64,000 bases of DNA, from assembly GCA_946481965.1 (NCBI GenBank), contig CAMLPN010000005.1:301-64300 (forward strand). Direction: 5' to 3'. The translations under genes and the position numbers were made by a program. The DNA is from an uncultured Neisseriaceae bacterium. Lineage in GTDB: Bacteria > Pseudomonadota > Gammaproteobacteria > Burkholderiales > Neisseriaceae. Under the pieces are notes generated by a model. That model had not been told where the DNA came from and did no database searches. It saw only the letters and a list, made by a program, of their open reading frames with translations. How positions within the stretch are numbered: position 1 is the first letter of the stretch; every line of letters begins with the position of its first letter. This document shows, piece after piece, positions 10,216 through 20,876 of this stretch.

Positions 10216-10854
10216 ATGTCTGATTTTCGTCAGGATTTTCTGCACTTCGCTTTAGAACAAAACGTTCTAAAATTCGGACAATTCACCACCAAAGCTGGGC
10301 GCCAATCGCCTTATTTTTTTAATGCCGGCTTATTTAATGATGGTTATAGTATGTTACGACTGGCACGTTTTTATGCCCGTTCCATCATAGCCAGTGAAGT
10401 AAAATTCGATATGCTGTTTGGTCCCGCTTATAAGGGCATTATTCTGGCTGCGGCCACAGCCATGATGCTGGCAGAACAAGGCATTAATGTACCATATGCC
10501 TATAATCGTAAAGAAGCCAAAGATCATGGTGAGGGTGGTATCTTAGTTGGTGCACCATTACAGGGCAAAGTATTAATTATTGATGACGTTATTTCTGCCG
10601 GTACGTCTGTACGCGAATCAGTACAAATTATTCAGCAATTTGGCGCAAGCCCAGCTGGCGTTGCTATTGCTCTTGATCGAATGGAAAAAGGAAATAGCCA
10701 TACCTCTGCCGTACAGGAAGTGCAACAACAATATCAAATACCGGTCATCCCCATTGCCACTTTAGACAATTTATTACAAATGCTGGAAAGTGAAAACTCT
10801 CTGGCTGAATATCGCCAGCCTGTGGCAAGCTATCGTCAGCAATATGGTGTGTAA
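10216..10854 (+). CDS. pyrE: Orotate phosphoribosyltransferase (start trimmed to MSDFRQ)
   Basis: KAGRQSPYFFNAG, FGPAYKGI, RKEAKDHGEGG, IIDDVISAG; RBS AAGGA before ATG 10216. Confidence 0.96.
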   Translation: MSDFRQDFLHFALEQNVLKFGQFTTKAGRQSPYFFNAGLFNDGYSMLRLARFYARSIIASEVKFDMLFGPAYKGIILAAATAMMLAEQGINVPYAYNRKEAKDHGEGGILVGAPLQGKVLIIDDVISAGTSVRESVQIIQQFGASPAGVAIALDRMEKGNSHTSAVQEVQQQYQIPVIPIATLDNLLQMLESENSLAEYRQPVASYRQQYGV

Positions 10855-10941
10855 AAATTAACTGTGTAGCAAAAAAATAAAATTGCTGGGTAATTTTAGA
10901 CGATACTATTTTTAGCTGCATAATTAAATGGCAGGCAAAGT

Positions 10942-11508
10942 ATGAATATTGAACACTTATTAACTCAATATGGTTATCTGGCCATTTTTTTATGCAGTAT
11001 TTTTGAGGGTGAGACCATCCTGACATTAGCTGGTTTTTTTGTTCACAAAGGCTATCTATATTTTTTCCCCGCTGTTGTCAGTGCAGCTTGTGGTGGCATG
11101 CTCGGTGACCAACTGTGTTTTTTTCTGGGTCGTTACTATGGCCAGCGCTTACTGAAACATTTTCCAAAGCTAACGCCAATGGTGGAAAAAACCAATCGAA
11201 TGCTTTGCAAACATAGCTCCATTATCATCATTCTGGTACGCTTTATGTATGGCGTACGCATTGCTGGCCCTATTGCCATCGGTATGAGCAAAATCCCCTT
11301 TACCCGTTTTGCTATCTTCAATATTGTCGGTGCCCTGCTCTGGGCAACCCTAATCTTATCGGTAGGCGTCTTTTTTGGCGAATCGGCACACTGGATATCG
11401 GCAGAATTTCAACAATACGCCAGAATAATGCTGATTATCGCTGTTGTCTTTATCATCATTACAATATTGGTGACCTTGTATATCAAGCGCCAACATAAGG
11501 CAAAATAA
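10942..11508 (+). CDS. DedA-family membrane protein
   Basis: FEGETILTLAG, GDQLCFFLGR, RFMYGVR, FNIVGALLWA. Confidence 0.88.
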   Translation: MNIEHLLTQYGYLAIFLCSIFEGETILTLAGFFVHKGYLYFFPAVVSAACGGMLGDQLCFFLGRYYGQRLLKHFPKLTPMVEKTNRMLCKHSSIIIILVRFMYGVRIAGPIAIGMSKIPFTRFAIFNIVGALLWATLILSVGVFFGESAHWISAEFQQYARIMLIIAVVFIIITILVTLYIKRQHKAK

Positions 11509-12115
11509 TTAGTCTGATTGTAGCAAGTTTAAACAGCAAAACTAATCTTGATAATTTCACTAATATCGAACTTGTATAATTTGGTGATTGTCTAAAATTA
11601 GTTATTAGTATGAATGTCGGCAAGTTTGAGCCTAGTTGATCATTTCACTTGACTGCATTTTATGATTATTTTGCCATAGCTAATTATCATTATTAAAAAT
11701 AATATAATTTACATAAAAAAGATATTGTGTATTTATTACAGAATTCATTCTCTTTCATTATGATAGCTAAAATTTAAATAATTAAGTTTAGATTTTATAA
11801 CTGTGATTTGTAGTTTAAATAAATACTTTGAATTCAACTTTATCAGGTTTTTATCCAAAATAATTGCATTTGCACAATTAAAATAATGTTATATACATCG
11901 TTCTCTAAGCTAGCTTATAAAATACAGCCTACTCATAATAATTTTTAAATAACAATTGGATACTCTTACATCAACTATTTTCATAAGCAAAGTTTAATAT
12001 AATGAACTCTTCAAAATTTTTTAGTTGTTATTTTTTCCAATAAATATCTTTCAGTTAATTACTTCAACCATTCAATATTAGCCCCCTTACTGCATTGATC
12101 AAACATAATCAAAAT

Positions 12116-12140
12116 AAAAAACCCGCCTAAGCGGGTTTCT
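12116..12140 (-). terminator. Rho-independent terminator of the porin gene
   Basis: AAACCCGC-ttag-GCGGGTTTTTT on the minus strand. Confidence 0.85.
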
Positions 12141-12168
12141 ATTCCATAATTAAATAAGTTATCTAAGA

Positions 12169-13314
12169 TTAGAATACGTGTTTCAAACCAACACCAAAGG
12201 CAGTAGTTTTCAATTTACCGTAGTTATAGCCATCGTCATCTTCACCTAAACCTTCACGCAACCAACCTGCCTGCACGTTAGCAGTAGTACGTTTAGAGAG
12301 GCTATAATCAGCACCTAACACAACCTGATCATATTTAGTGTTATGTACTTTGGAACCATCAATCTTAACATCAAAGCCGTGAGCATAAGAGATTTTCGGG
12401 AAAATATTACCGAAGTGGTAACCAACAGTCAAAGCAGCTTCCTGACCCTGATTGTCAACAACTACACTGTGATCGCCTACGCCCCCAACAGGATTTTTAT
12501 TTATCCATCTGAAATGAGAAGAAGTATTTTTGGTAAACTGATAACCTAAACCAACAAACCAGTTATTAGCATCATAACCAGCTTCTAAGCGATGTACTTG
12601 ACCATCTTTTTGTTCATAGTAATCATCAACGTAATTACCATTTTCCCAAATTTCATATTCTCTTTCAGCAGAATTTTTCAGATAGTCAAAGCCATATTTT
12701 ACGTAGAAGCCACTGTTTTTATAGTTCAAACCTAAACTATATTTGTCGCCAGCACCCCATCCTGCACTATATTCTCCTTCACGATTACCATTGTTCACAT
12801 TATCACGGGGAGAATACAATACAGTGAATTTAAAACCAGCCCATTCAGGAGATTTATACCCAATACCAACATAACGGGCATCGGTACGAGTAAATTTATT
12901 TAGACCAAGAGCATCACTGTCATCACCGTATTGCCATGCATCTACGTCATCCATATTTTCATTGATCGCATTGCTTAGACGACCGGCAACTACAGTACCG
13001 AATTTTTCATGTTGCAAACCAATGAAAGAGTCACGGTTAGCCCAGCTATCACCTTTACCGTTACTATTACCTAAATGAATACGTGATTCAACCTGCCAGA
13101 TAGCTTTCAGACCATTACCTAAGTCTTCAGAACCTTTAAGACCAATACGAGAACCGTAATCACTAATACCGTTCAGGTATGGACCACGAGAGTAGTCAGT
13201 ATGCTTAGTAGAGTTTACTTCATAGCCTGCTTTTATCTGGCCGTACAGAGCAACCTCAGCCATAGCGGCAACCGGCAAAGTGGTCAAAGCCAAAGCAATC
13301 AGGGTTTTTTTCAT
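12169..13314 (-). CDS. Neisserial-type trimeric porin (PorB-like)
   Basis: Signal peptide MKKTLIALALTTLPVAAMA, SRIGLKGSEDLGNGLKAIWQVE, YSLSKRT, terminal GLKHVF. Confidence 0.93.
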   Translation of the reverse strand: MKKTLIALALTTLPVAAMAEVALYGQIKAGYEVNSTKHTDYSRGPYLNGISDYGSRIGLKGSEDLGNGLKAIWQVESRIHLGNSNGKGDSWANRDSFIGLQHEKFGTVVAGRLSNAINENMDDVDAWQYGDDSDALGLNKFTRTDARYVGIGYKSPEWAGFKFTVLYSPRDNVNNGNREGEYSAGWGAGDKYSLGLNYKNSGFYVKYGFDYLKNSAEREYEIWENGNYVDDYYEQKDGQVHRLEAGYDANNWFVGLGYQFTKNTSSHFRWINKNPVGGVGDHSVVVDNQGQEAALTVGYHFGNIFPKISYAHGFDVKIDGSKVHNTKYDQVVLGADYSLSKRTTANVQAGWLREGLGEDDDGYNYGKLKTTAFGVGLKHVF

Positions 13315-13416
13315 TGCTGTATTCCTTTTCTATGTCGAAAAAACAAACTTCAAAAACCTAATGAAGAGCTTTTAAAGTTTTGCATTAATCGCCGCATTAG
13401 CGATTTCATAGCTGTA

Positions 13417-13445
13417 AATATAATGCTTTAGTTGAAAAAAGACAA
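13417..13445 (-). promoter_or_regulatory. Sigma70 promoter of the porin gene
   Basis: TTGTCT-17 nt-TATATT on the minus strand, followed by the 5' hairpin AATCGC-N7-GCGATT (13387-13405). Confidence 0.6.
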
Positions 13446-13813
13446 TTTCATTTGCAAACACACAACACATTGAATATGGCAAAATATTATTAACGATAAA
13501 TTTTTTCATATTTTATTCTATTAAATCAATATATTATTTAACTAATCCTTATTTTTACTAATTTCTGAGATAAAAAATAAGTGTTGTAAATTTTCAACAA
13601 TAAAGAACCTAAAATTTCTCATTGCCAACATTAATACCGTTTATCGCTACCATAAATTTATTATTTGTCAGCAAGTTTAAACATCTAAAAGCCACTACTG
13701 CTCTGTGTTATACCATCCACATGTAAAAATAGCCTGAATACATTTACTCATCTAAGATGAGATGAATTAATTCAGACTATTCACGCTTTAGAGAACATTT
13801 TAATTTGGTTATC

Positions 13814-16579
13814 TCAGAATTTCGTTTCTATCTGTTCTAATATTGCTGAGGTGATTTTAGTTTCACTGCTTACTGGTATCTGCATATCTTTGCGGCGTAA
13901 TCTGGGCTGAATTGCATCATTAATTACTTCTGTAGCATCGATTATTTCCATTGATAGAGGTTTGGTCTCAATTAATTGCAATGCACCTAAATCAGTAATC
14001 TGCTGTAAATCAATTTTCGCATCCGTTACTGTTTCTACAGCCTCTTGTGGTAACGTATTTTTCGCAGTCTGATTATTTAACTGTTCAGAGTCACGGCAAT
14101 ATTTATCTACGCATGCAGTACCCTGCTCAGTATCTTTCTGATCCAATACAGCCAACACAACTTTTTGCACTTGTTCCACTGCTTGCTGAACAATATCTGC
14201 ATGCTTATCTGTTTCTGTAAGCAATACATTCTGCTGATGGTCATGCTGTGATAACGCTATCTCTGGTTGCAATACCTGTGCGGTAGTTTGCTGCACTTGT
14301 ATCACCAGAGCATCAATATCCAGATAGCGGGTGATTTTGCTGGCAGAAGGAATGAAACGGCGATTCTTTTTACCATTCTGGCGCCGATTATCTTTCTGAG
14401 GCCGCGATTTATTGCGTTTATTCTCGCTGTCATCACTAGCTAGTTTGATCAGTAACGGTTCACCATCCTGAACTTCAGCTATTGATTGACCAATATCTGC
14501 ATTTTGCCATTCAGGATCCTGCTTGCGTTGCACACGCTGGCGTCGACGCCGTTTATCACCATAATCTTCTTTAGAATTATTGATTTCTTGCTTTTTATGA
14601 CTCAGTTCACCGATATTGGTCTGATCAGCTTGATCATTATTGTTCCTATCCTGACGCCGGTTACGCCGCTCGTTTGCTCGAATATCGTTCGCCTGATCAC
14701 TACTAACTGTATCACTAACTTCCGCCAACTCATTTCTCTTACCAGAAGTTGCATTTTTCGTTAATCTGTTAGTGCGTGCCTGACGACGATCGCCGGATAG
14801 CGGTTTACGATTTTTTCTTTGTTCTGTAGTGGCTTTAGCCAATTTGTCTTTAGCTGCTGGCTCAGAATCTGTGGATCCGTTGTGACCAAGCAGATTTTGC
14901 CACCACACAGATAATTTATTCCATAAGCCTTTAGATTGGACGTTTTTACCAGTATTATTTTTTGCCACAACAGGAGCTGGCTGGCTATGTTGAATACCTC
15001 TCACCGCAGCTTCTGGTTTAACAGGTTTATTCTGCCCCATAGAAAAGGGCAATTCATCAGCATTCTCTGGTGCTTGAACCTGATGATAGCTGGGCACAGT
15101 ATTTTCTTCGATGTTATCTGTACGAACTCGGGTAACGCTGTAATGCGGGTTTTCCAGATGAATATTGGGGATCAGCAAAACACACAGATCCAACCGTTCT
15201 TCTAGTCCAAATAATTCAGCACGTTTTTCATTTAGCAGAAAGGTAGCAACATCAACTGGCACTTGAACACGTACTTCGGCGGTATTATCCTTCATGGCTT
15301 CTTCTTGAATAATACGCAATACATGTAATGCTGTTGATTCAATACTGCGGATAAAGCCAGTTCCAGCACAACGCGGGCATATGGTGTGACTACTTTCGCC
15401 AAGAGACGGTTTCAGACGTTGACGTGACAATTCCATCAGCCCGAAACGAGAAAGTTTCGCCATCTGCACACGCGCACGATCTTTTTTCAGTGCCTCACGC
15501 AGGGTATTTTCGACATCACGTTGGTTCTTGCTATTTTCCATGTCAATGAAATCAATAACAACTAAACCACCCAGATCGCGTACCCGCATCTGTCTGGCTA
15601 CTTCTTCTGCAGCCTCCATATTCGTTTTAAAAGCGGTATCTTCGATATCGGCACCACGGGTTGCACGAGCGGAATTGACATCTATAGACACCAGCGCTTC
15701 GGTGTGATCAATTACGATCGCTCCGCCGGAAGGTAATGAAACTTCACGAGAAAAAGCTGATTCAATTTGCTGTTCAATCTGAAAGCGGGCAAATAAAGGG
15801 ATATGGTCGGTGTAATGTTTCAGTCGACTGGTATAAGCCGGCATAACATACGACATAAACTCACTGATTTGATCATATACTTCTTGAGAATCTATTAAGA
15901 TTTCGCCGATATCGGGCTGAAAATAATCGCGAATAGCGCGAATTAATAGTGAGCTTTCCATGAACAGCAGGTAAGGATCACTGTGGTGTGCCGCAGCCTG
16001 CTCAATCGCACGCCACAATTGCACTAAATAGTTTAAATCCCACTGCAATTCTTCACAACTTCGCCCTATACCGGCAGTTCTTGCTATGAGGCTCATGCCA
16101 CGCGGAACATTAAGTTCACTCATAGCCTGTTTCAGTTCTTGTCGCTCTTCTCCCTCAATGCGACGTGAAACACCGCCACCACGTGGGTTATTAGGCATCA
16201 GCACAAGATAACGACCGGCCAGACTAATAAAGGTGGTTAATGCTGCACCTTTATTGCCGCGTTCATCTTTTTCAACCTGAACGATGACCTCTATACCTTC
16301 AGTCAAGACATCCTGAATGCGTACTCGTCCGCCTTCGTAGTTTTGAAAATAGCTGCGGGATATTTCTTTAAAGGGTAAGAATCCATGGCGATCAGTACCA
16401 TAATCAACAAAACATGCCTCCAGTGATGGTTCGATTCTGGTAATGATACCTTTATAAATATTGCCTTTACGCTGCTCCTTACCCAGCGTTTCGATGTCCA
16501 GATCAATTAAATTCTGTCCATCTACAATTGCCACACGCAGCTCTTCTGCCTGTGTAGCATTGAATAACATTCGTTTCAT
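13814..16579 (-). CDS. rne: Ribonuclease E
   Basis: MKRMLFNATQAEELRVAIVDG, IDVNS, VIDFIDM, CPRCAGTG Zn-link, Arg-rich disordered C-terminus. Confidence 0.97.
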   Translation of the reverse strand: MKRMLFNATQAEELRVAIVDGQNLIDLDIETLGKEQRKGNIYKGIITRIEPSLEACFVDYGTDRHGFLPFKEISRSYFQNYEGGRVRIQDVLTEGIEVIVQVEKDERGNKGAALTTFISLAGRYLVLMPNNPRGGGVSRRIEGEERQELKQAMSELNVPRGMSLIARTAGIGRSCEELQWDLNYLVQLWRAIEQAAAHHSDPYLLFMESSLLIRAIRDYFQPDIGEILIDSQEVYDQISEFMSYVMPAYTSRLKHYTDHIPLFARFQIEQQIESAFSREVSLPSGGAIVIDHTEALVSIDVNSARATRGADIEDTAFKTNMEAAEEVARQMRVRDLGGLVVIDFIDMENSKNQRDVENTLREALKKDRARVQMAKLSRFGLMELSRQRLKPSLGESSHTICPRCAGTGFIRSIESTALHVLRIIQEEAMKDNTAEVRVQVPVDVATFLLNEKRAELFGLEERLDLCVLLIPNIHLENPHYSVTRVRTDNIEENTVPSYHQVQAPENADELPFSMGQNKPVKPEAAVRGIQHSQPAPVVAKNNTGKNVQSKGLWNKLSVWWQNLLGHNGSTDSEPAAKDKLAKATTEQRKNRKPLSGDRRQARTNRLTKNATSGKRNELAEVSDTVSSDQANDIRANERRNRRQDRNNNDQADQTNIGELSHKKQEINNSKEDYGDKRRRRQRVQRKQDPEWQNADIGQSIAEVQDGEPLLIKLASDDSENKRNKSRPQKDNRRQNGKKNRRFIPSASKITRYLDIDALVIQVQQTTAQVLQPEIALSQHDHQQNVLLTETDKHADIVQQAVEQVQKVVLAVLDQKDTEQGTACVDKYCRDSEQLNNQTAKNTLPQEAVETVTDAKIDLQQITDLGALQLIETKPLSMEIIDATEVINDAIQPRLRRKDMQIPVSSETKITSAILEQIETKF

Positions 16580-17000
16580 GAAAACCTCGTTATATGCACT
16601 GACGAGGCGTTGTAATTAGTATTTGACACCCGCGGCCTTGCCAATATCAATCCAACACGGCAAATCAAGCAGGCTTTCATCATAAAGAAGTTATAAAGAA
16701 CATGTCGGCGTACCTTAATTCACTACAATTTGCACAGCCGGCGCTACCTAGCAATTTTAACGCTGGAGCGCTTAAAAGAAATAGCCAATCTTCTGTTATT
16801 TTGTCGGGTGCTTGGGCACGTTAGCGGCTGCGCAATCTGGTTTTGTCATACCTTCTCACGTCTGAAACCGAGGCTTGCCACCCGATGGAGTCAAACTTAA
16901 TCACTAACCCTTATTGCTGACGGCTGGTCAACAACATGGGGAAACACGCCTGCAACAGTGCGTTTTCCAGTAAATACGTTAACATTTCATTCTTTATTGC
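16580..17000 (-). ncRNA. Putative long structured 5' leader of rne
   Basis: Visibly GC-richer than other intergenic regions; stem TTGCGCAGCCG/CGGCTGTGCAA (16825-16835 with 16730-16740), internal hairpins, and a CCTCGT/ACGAGG hairpin covering the RBS. Confidence 0.55.
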
Positions 17001-17136
17001 CGCGATACATTTGCTGTTATCCCGACAGTGGGCCAAATGAGCCTTTTTTCTGTTCAGTACCTATTGCCACAATGACTTCGGCTATAATAGCTGATGACTT
17101 CTATTAATTTATAAAAGCTTACGGATTATAAGCAAG

Positions 17137-18126
17137 ATGACAGTTTTAAGCAAAGATTCAGTGCAATTTTTGTGTGTCTGCGCCGAAAACGCAGGCCAAC
17201 GTTTAGATAATTTTTTAATGCGTGAATTAAAAGGTGTGCCAAAGAGTCATATTCAGCGCATTATTCGCAGCGGTGAGGTACGCATCAATAAAAAACGTTG
17301 TAAAGGTACTGATCGTGTGGCAGTCGATGATATCATTCGTATACCGCCTATTCGCGTCGCCACTAAACATGACCATTTTAAAGGCATTGTTGTACCGGCA
17401 CAAGAATTTGAGATTGTTTATGAAGATGATGTGCTATTAGTGATTAATAAGCCTGCTGGTATTGCGGTGCATGGGGGCAGTGGGATCAGTTTTGGTGTTA
17501 TTGAACAATTACGTCGTTCACGCCCTGAAGCACGCTACCTGGAGTTAATACATCGACTGGATAAAGACACCAGTGGTTTACTGATGATAGCCAAAAAACG
17601 CAGTGCTTTAGTTAAACTGCATGAGTCTATTCGTCTTAATCACCCACATAAAATTTATCATGCATTAGCAATTGGCAACTGGCCGGAAAATGTGCATCAA
17701 GTCAAATTACCACTAATTAAATATACCGGCGCACAGGGTGAAAAAATGGTACGGATTGCTTCCAGCGAACAGTCAGGGCAATCCGCTCTCACATTATTTA
17801 AAATACGCCAGCGTTATTCCGGTCCGATGTTACATGCCGTAGGGATTAAGGCCGTAACATTGATGGATATCACGTTAAAAACGGGACGCACACATCAGAT
17901 TCGAGTACATATGCAATCGCAGCTTTGTCCCATCGCCGGTGATGAGCGTTATGGTGATTATCAGGCGAATAAACGGCTGCAAAAAGCAGGATTAAAACGA
18001 ATGTTTTTGCACGCAGCCCAGTTATCTATAGCTCATCCGGTAAGTGGGGAGGTTTTACACCTTTCAGCCCCATTACCGGCGGATTTGCATCAATTTTTGC
18101 AAAAATTAGCCAGCAATGATAATTAA
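17137..18126 (+). CDS. rluC: 23S rRNA pseudouridine synthase C
   Basis: S4 domain GQRLDNFL, HRLDKDTSG, TGRTHQIRVH; divergent from rne. Confidence 0.95.
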   Translation: MTVLSKDSVQFLCVCAENAGQRLDNFLMRELKGVPKSHIQRIIRSGEVRINKKRCKGTDRVAVDDIIRIPPIRVATKHDHFKGIVVPAQEFEIVYEDDVLLVINKPAGIAVHGGSGISFGVIEQLRRSRPEARYLELIHRLDKDTSGLLMIAKKRSALVKLHESIRLNHPHKIYHALAIGNWPENVHQVKLPLIKYTGAQGEKMVRIASSEQSGQSALTLFKIRQRYSGPMLHAVGIKAVTLMDITLKTGRTHQIRVHMQSQLCPIAGDERYGDYQANKRLQKAGLKRMFLHAAQLSIAHPVSGEVLHLSAPLPADLHQFLQKLASNDN

Positions 18127-18161
18127 TTGCTGGCTTAACAGAGATTAAATAATAATTAAAG

Positions 18162-19043
18162 TTAACTAACTAATTGTTGTAACCATTGCTTAAGCTCAGA
18201 GCCATATTGGTGATGACGTAAACTATACTCGATAAAGGTTTTCATATAGCCCAGCTTATTACCACAATCATGTGAGTAACCATTAATTACAAAGGCATCT
18301 ACAGGTTCTTGGCGGATTAACGCAGCAATCGCATCAGTTAACTGTATTTCGCCTCCAGCGCCAGGAGCTATTTTAGCCAGTAAAGGCCAGATATTAGCTG
18401 AAAGTACATAACGACCAACAACAGCCAAATCTGAAGGTGCTTCAGTAATTGCAGGCTTTTCGACGATACTGTGCATAGGTATATTGTGACCTGATTGCGT
18501 TTCCTGACCATTGCAATCAACGATACCGTATTTACTCACTTCGTTGACCGGTACACGTTCAACCATAATCTGGCTATGCTGTGTCTGTTGAAAACAGTGC
18601 AGCATTTTAGCCAAATTGTCAGTTACTGGATTACAGGCATAGTCATCAATCAGCACATCGGGAAGTAATACAGCAAATGCTTCATTACCGACCACAGGCT
18701 GAGCACACTTAATTGCCTGTCCAAGACCATTGGCCTCACCCTGATAAACTTGAATGATATTAACACCTGGAGGACAAACGCTGCGTACTTCCTTTAATAA
18801 ATCAAATTTACCTTTATTTTCTAGTTGTGTTTCTAGTTCAAACGCAGTATTAAAATGATTGGCGACAGCTATTTTAGAACTATGATTAACCAGAATAATA
18901 TCGGTGATACCGGCAGCAACACATTCCTGCACTATATACTGTATGAGTGGTTTATCCGCAACCGTCAACATCTCTTTAGGAATAGCTTTGGTCGCTGGTA
19001 ACATACGCGTACCAAAACCCGCTACAGGAATAACTGCTTTCAT
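18162..19043 (-). CDS. galU: UTP-glucose-1-phosphate uridylyltransferase
   Basis: [43 protein letters not shown]. Confidence 0.93.
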   Translation of the reverse strand: MKAVIPVAGFGTRMLPATKAIPKEMLTVADKPLIQYIVQECVAAGITDIILVNHSSKIAVANHFNTAFELETQLENKGKFDLLKEVRSVCPPGVNIIQVYQGEANGLGQAIKCAQPVVGNEAFAVLLPDVLIDDYACNPVTDNLAKMLHCFQQTQHSQIMVERVPVNEVSKYGIVDCNGQETQSGHNIPMHSIVEKPAITEAPSDLAVVGRYVLSANIWPLLAKIAPGAGGEIQLTDAIAALIRQEPVDAFVINGYSHDCGNKLGYMKTFIEYSLRHHQYGSELKQWLQQLVS

Positions 19044-19238
19044 TTATTTCCTTAATTTGCAAATATCTTAATATTGAAAAAACTCTTCAGATAAATAAAC
19101 TCTTATCTGCATATGAACCCTTTATTTAAGTTATTTTAACATAGCTGTTAAAAACAAAGTGCTGATTAACCTATTAAGCTATGAAACTCATAAGTTAATC
19201 AGCACTAAATTAAAATACTTAAACAATTTAGCTATTTA

Positions 19239-20876
19239 TCATTGATTGGCCAAAGCTTTAAATACTTCTGCTACCGCTACAGCACCTGGATCAGGATTAC
19301 CAAACAGATTATCCTGATTAATATAAGTAGAACGTCCGGCTCCTGCTCGTTTCATTGTGGCAGTTTTTTCAGCTCCATTCTGTGCTGCTGTAACAGCTGC
19401 CTGAAAACCTTCAGATTTCCAAATCTGTAATGCCGGTTGTAATGCATCAATCAATGTTCGGTCTCCTAAGTCCGCACCACCATAATGTTTCATCTGTTCC
19501 AGACCTGTACTTAATGCATTCACTAATTTACTACCCTTTTGTAATTGTTGTCCGGCTGCGGTCAGGAATATAGACATTAATACTCCACTTGATCCACCCA
19601 TCACCGTTGCCAATCGATCACCAATCAATAAGAACAATTGTGGTAAATCATTTAAAGGTAATTGCTGGTCTTCCAGTTTGCGCTCAATATCTTGTGCACC
19701 ATTGGCAAAAGTCGTACCGGTATCTCCATCTCCCACTTTGGCATCCAGAGCATTCAATCTATTTTCTTGACTAATCAGTGTCGAAGTAATGGTTTTAATT
19801 ATGGCCGCGACTTGCGGATTTTCTGAATAGTCGCAAGTAAATTTTTTAGCTATAGGCGCATGTGCAATGGTTTTTAACGGCGCAAAGGACACCGGTTTCT
19901 GCCAGCCACAAGTTTCAACAGGAGCGTTAATCGCCTGTTCAAAGTAATCATTCAGTTTCAATAACGAAAGAGAAAAACCCTTCATATCCAGCGAAGTCAC
20001 GAAGGCAGCCGGACCAATCAGATAACGAATTTGATCATGCAAGCCAGAATGAGCCAGTTCTCGAGTCAATATAGCCATCTCAAGAGCAGAAACACCCCCA
20101 AGATTATTAATTAACACCGCAAAATGTCCATTACCTGCGTGTTCATGCAATTGTTTTACTAAGGTGTCAATAACAACTTTACTGTTCTGGCTGCTTATCA
20201 AGGAACCACCTGGTTCACCATGAATACCAAGACCTAACTCGCAACAATCAGATTGAATTGCTTTTTTCTCTTCATGTCCCGGCAAATTGCAGCTTTGCAT
20301 TGCCACACCCAAACTGCATAAATTATCACATGTTTGCTGAGCCAGATCTCGTACTTCAGATAGTGATTTTCCCGATTCTGCGGCAAAACCAGCAATTTTA
20401 TGCACCAAGACTGTTCCGGCAATGCCGCGCGGTTGTTTGTTGTCTGGCAAAGCAATATCATCTGCGACGATCACCATTTCAACATTCAGCCCCATGGCTT
20501 TCGCCTTTTCTGCTGCCAAACCGAAATTCAGTCGATCCCCAGTATAATTCTTAACGATTAATAAACAACCATGCTCACCAGTGACTGCAACAATGGCATT
20601 TAACACCGCATCAACACTGGGTGAAGCAAATAAATCACCACATACAGCTGCGGTCAGCATTCCTTTACCCACAAAACCAGCATGTGCCGGTTCGTGACCA
20701 GAACCTCCCCCAGAAATGATCGCAACCCGGCTTTTATCCCAGTCCCGACGAACGACTACACGTATCGCTGGGTCAGTATCCAGCTTGACTAGATTACCCT
20801 GCGGAGCAGAAATAATTAAGCCTTCGATAGCATCATTGACTAATTGTTTACGATCATCAAAAAAGAATTTAGACAT
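19239..20876 (-). CDS. dhaK: ATP-dependent dihydroxyacetone kinase (DhaK-DhaL fusion)
   Basis: SGGGSGHEPAH, KNYTGD, GIHGEPG, then a DhaL domain with DAKVGDGDTG, GGSSG, DRTLIDAL. Confidence 0.93.
   Translation of the reverse strand: MSKFFFDDRKQLVNDAIEGLIISAPQGNLVKLDTDPAIRVVVRRDWDKSRVAIISGGGSGHEPAHAGFVGKGMLTAAVCGDLFASPSVDAVLNAIVAVTGEHGCLLIVKNYTGDRLNFGLAAEKAKAMGLNVEMVIVADDIALPDNKQPRGIAGTVLVHKIAGFAAESGKSLSEVRDLAQQTCDNLCSLGVAMQSCNLPGHEEKKAIQSDCCELGLGIHGEPGGSLISSQNSKVVIDTLVKQLHEHAGNGHFAVLINNLGGVSALEMAILTRELAHSGLHDQIRYLIGPAAFVTSLDMKGFSLSLLKLNDYFEQAINAPVETCGWQKPVSFAPLKTIAHAPIAKKFTCDYSENPQVAAIIKTITSTLISQENRLNALDAKVGDGDTGTTFANGAQDIERKLEDQQLPLNDLPQLFLLIGDRLATVMGGSSGVLMSIFLTAAGQQLQKGSKLVNALSTGLEQMKHYGGADLGDRTLIDALQPALQIWKSEGFQAAVTAAQNGAEKTATMKRAGAGRSTYINQDNLFGNPDPGAVAVAEVFKALANQ

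Noticed and set aside
9369-10217. Extended N-termini of xth (from 10217) and pyrE (from 10120) that would overlap head to head
   Set aside because: Homology begins at 10139 and 10216; the extensions are just open frame across the divergent promoter
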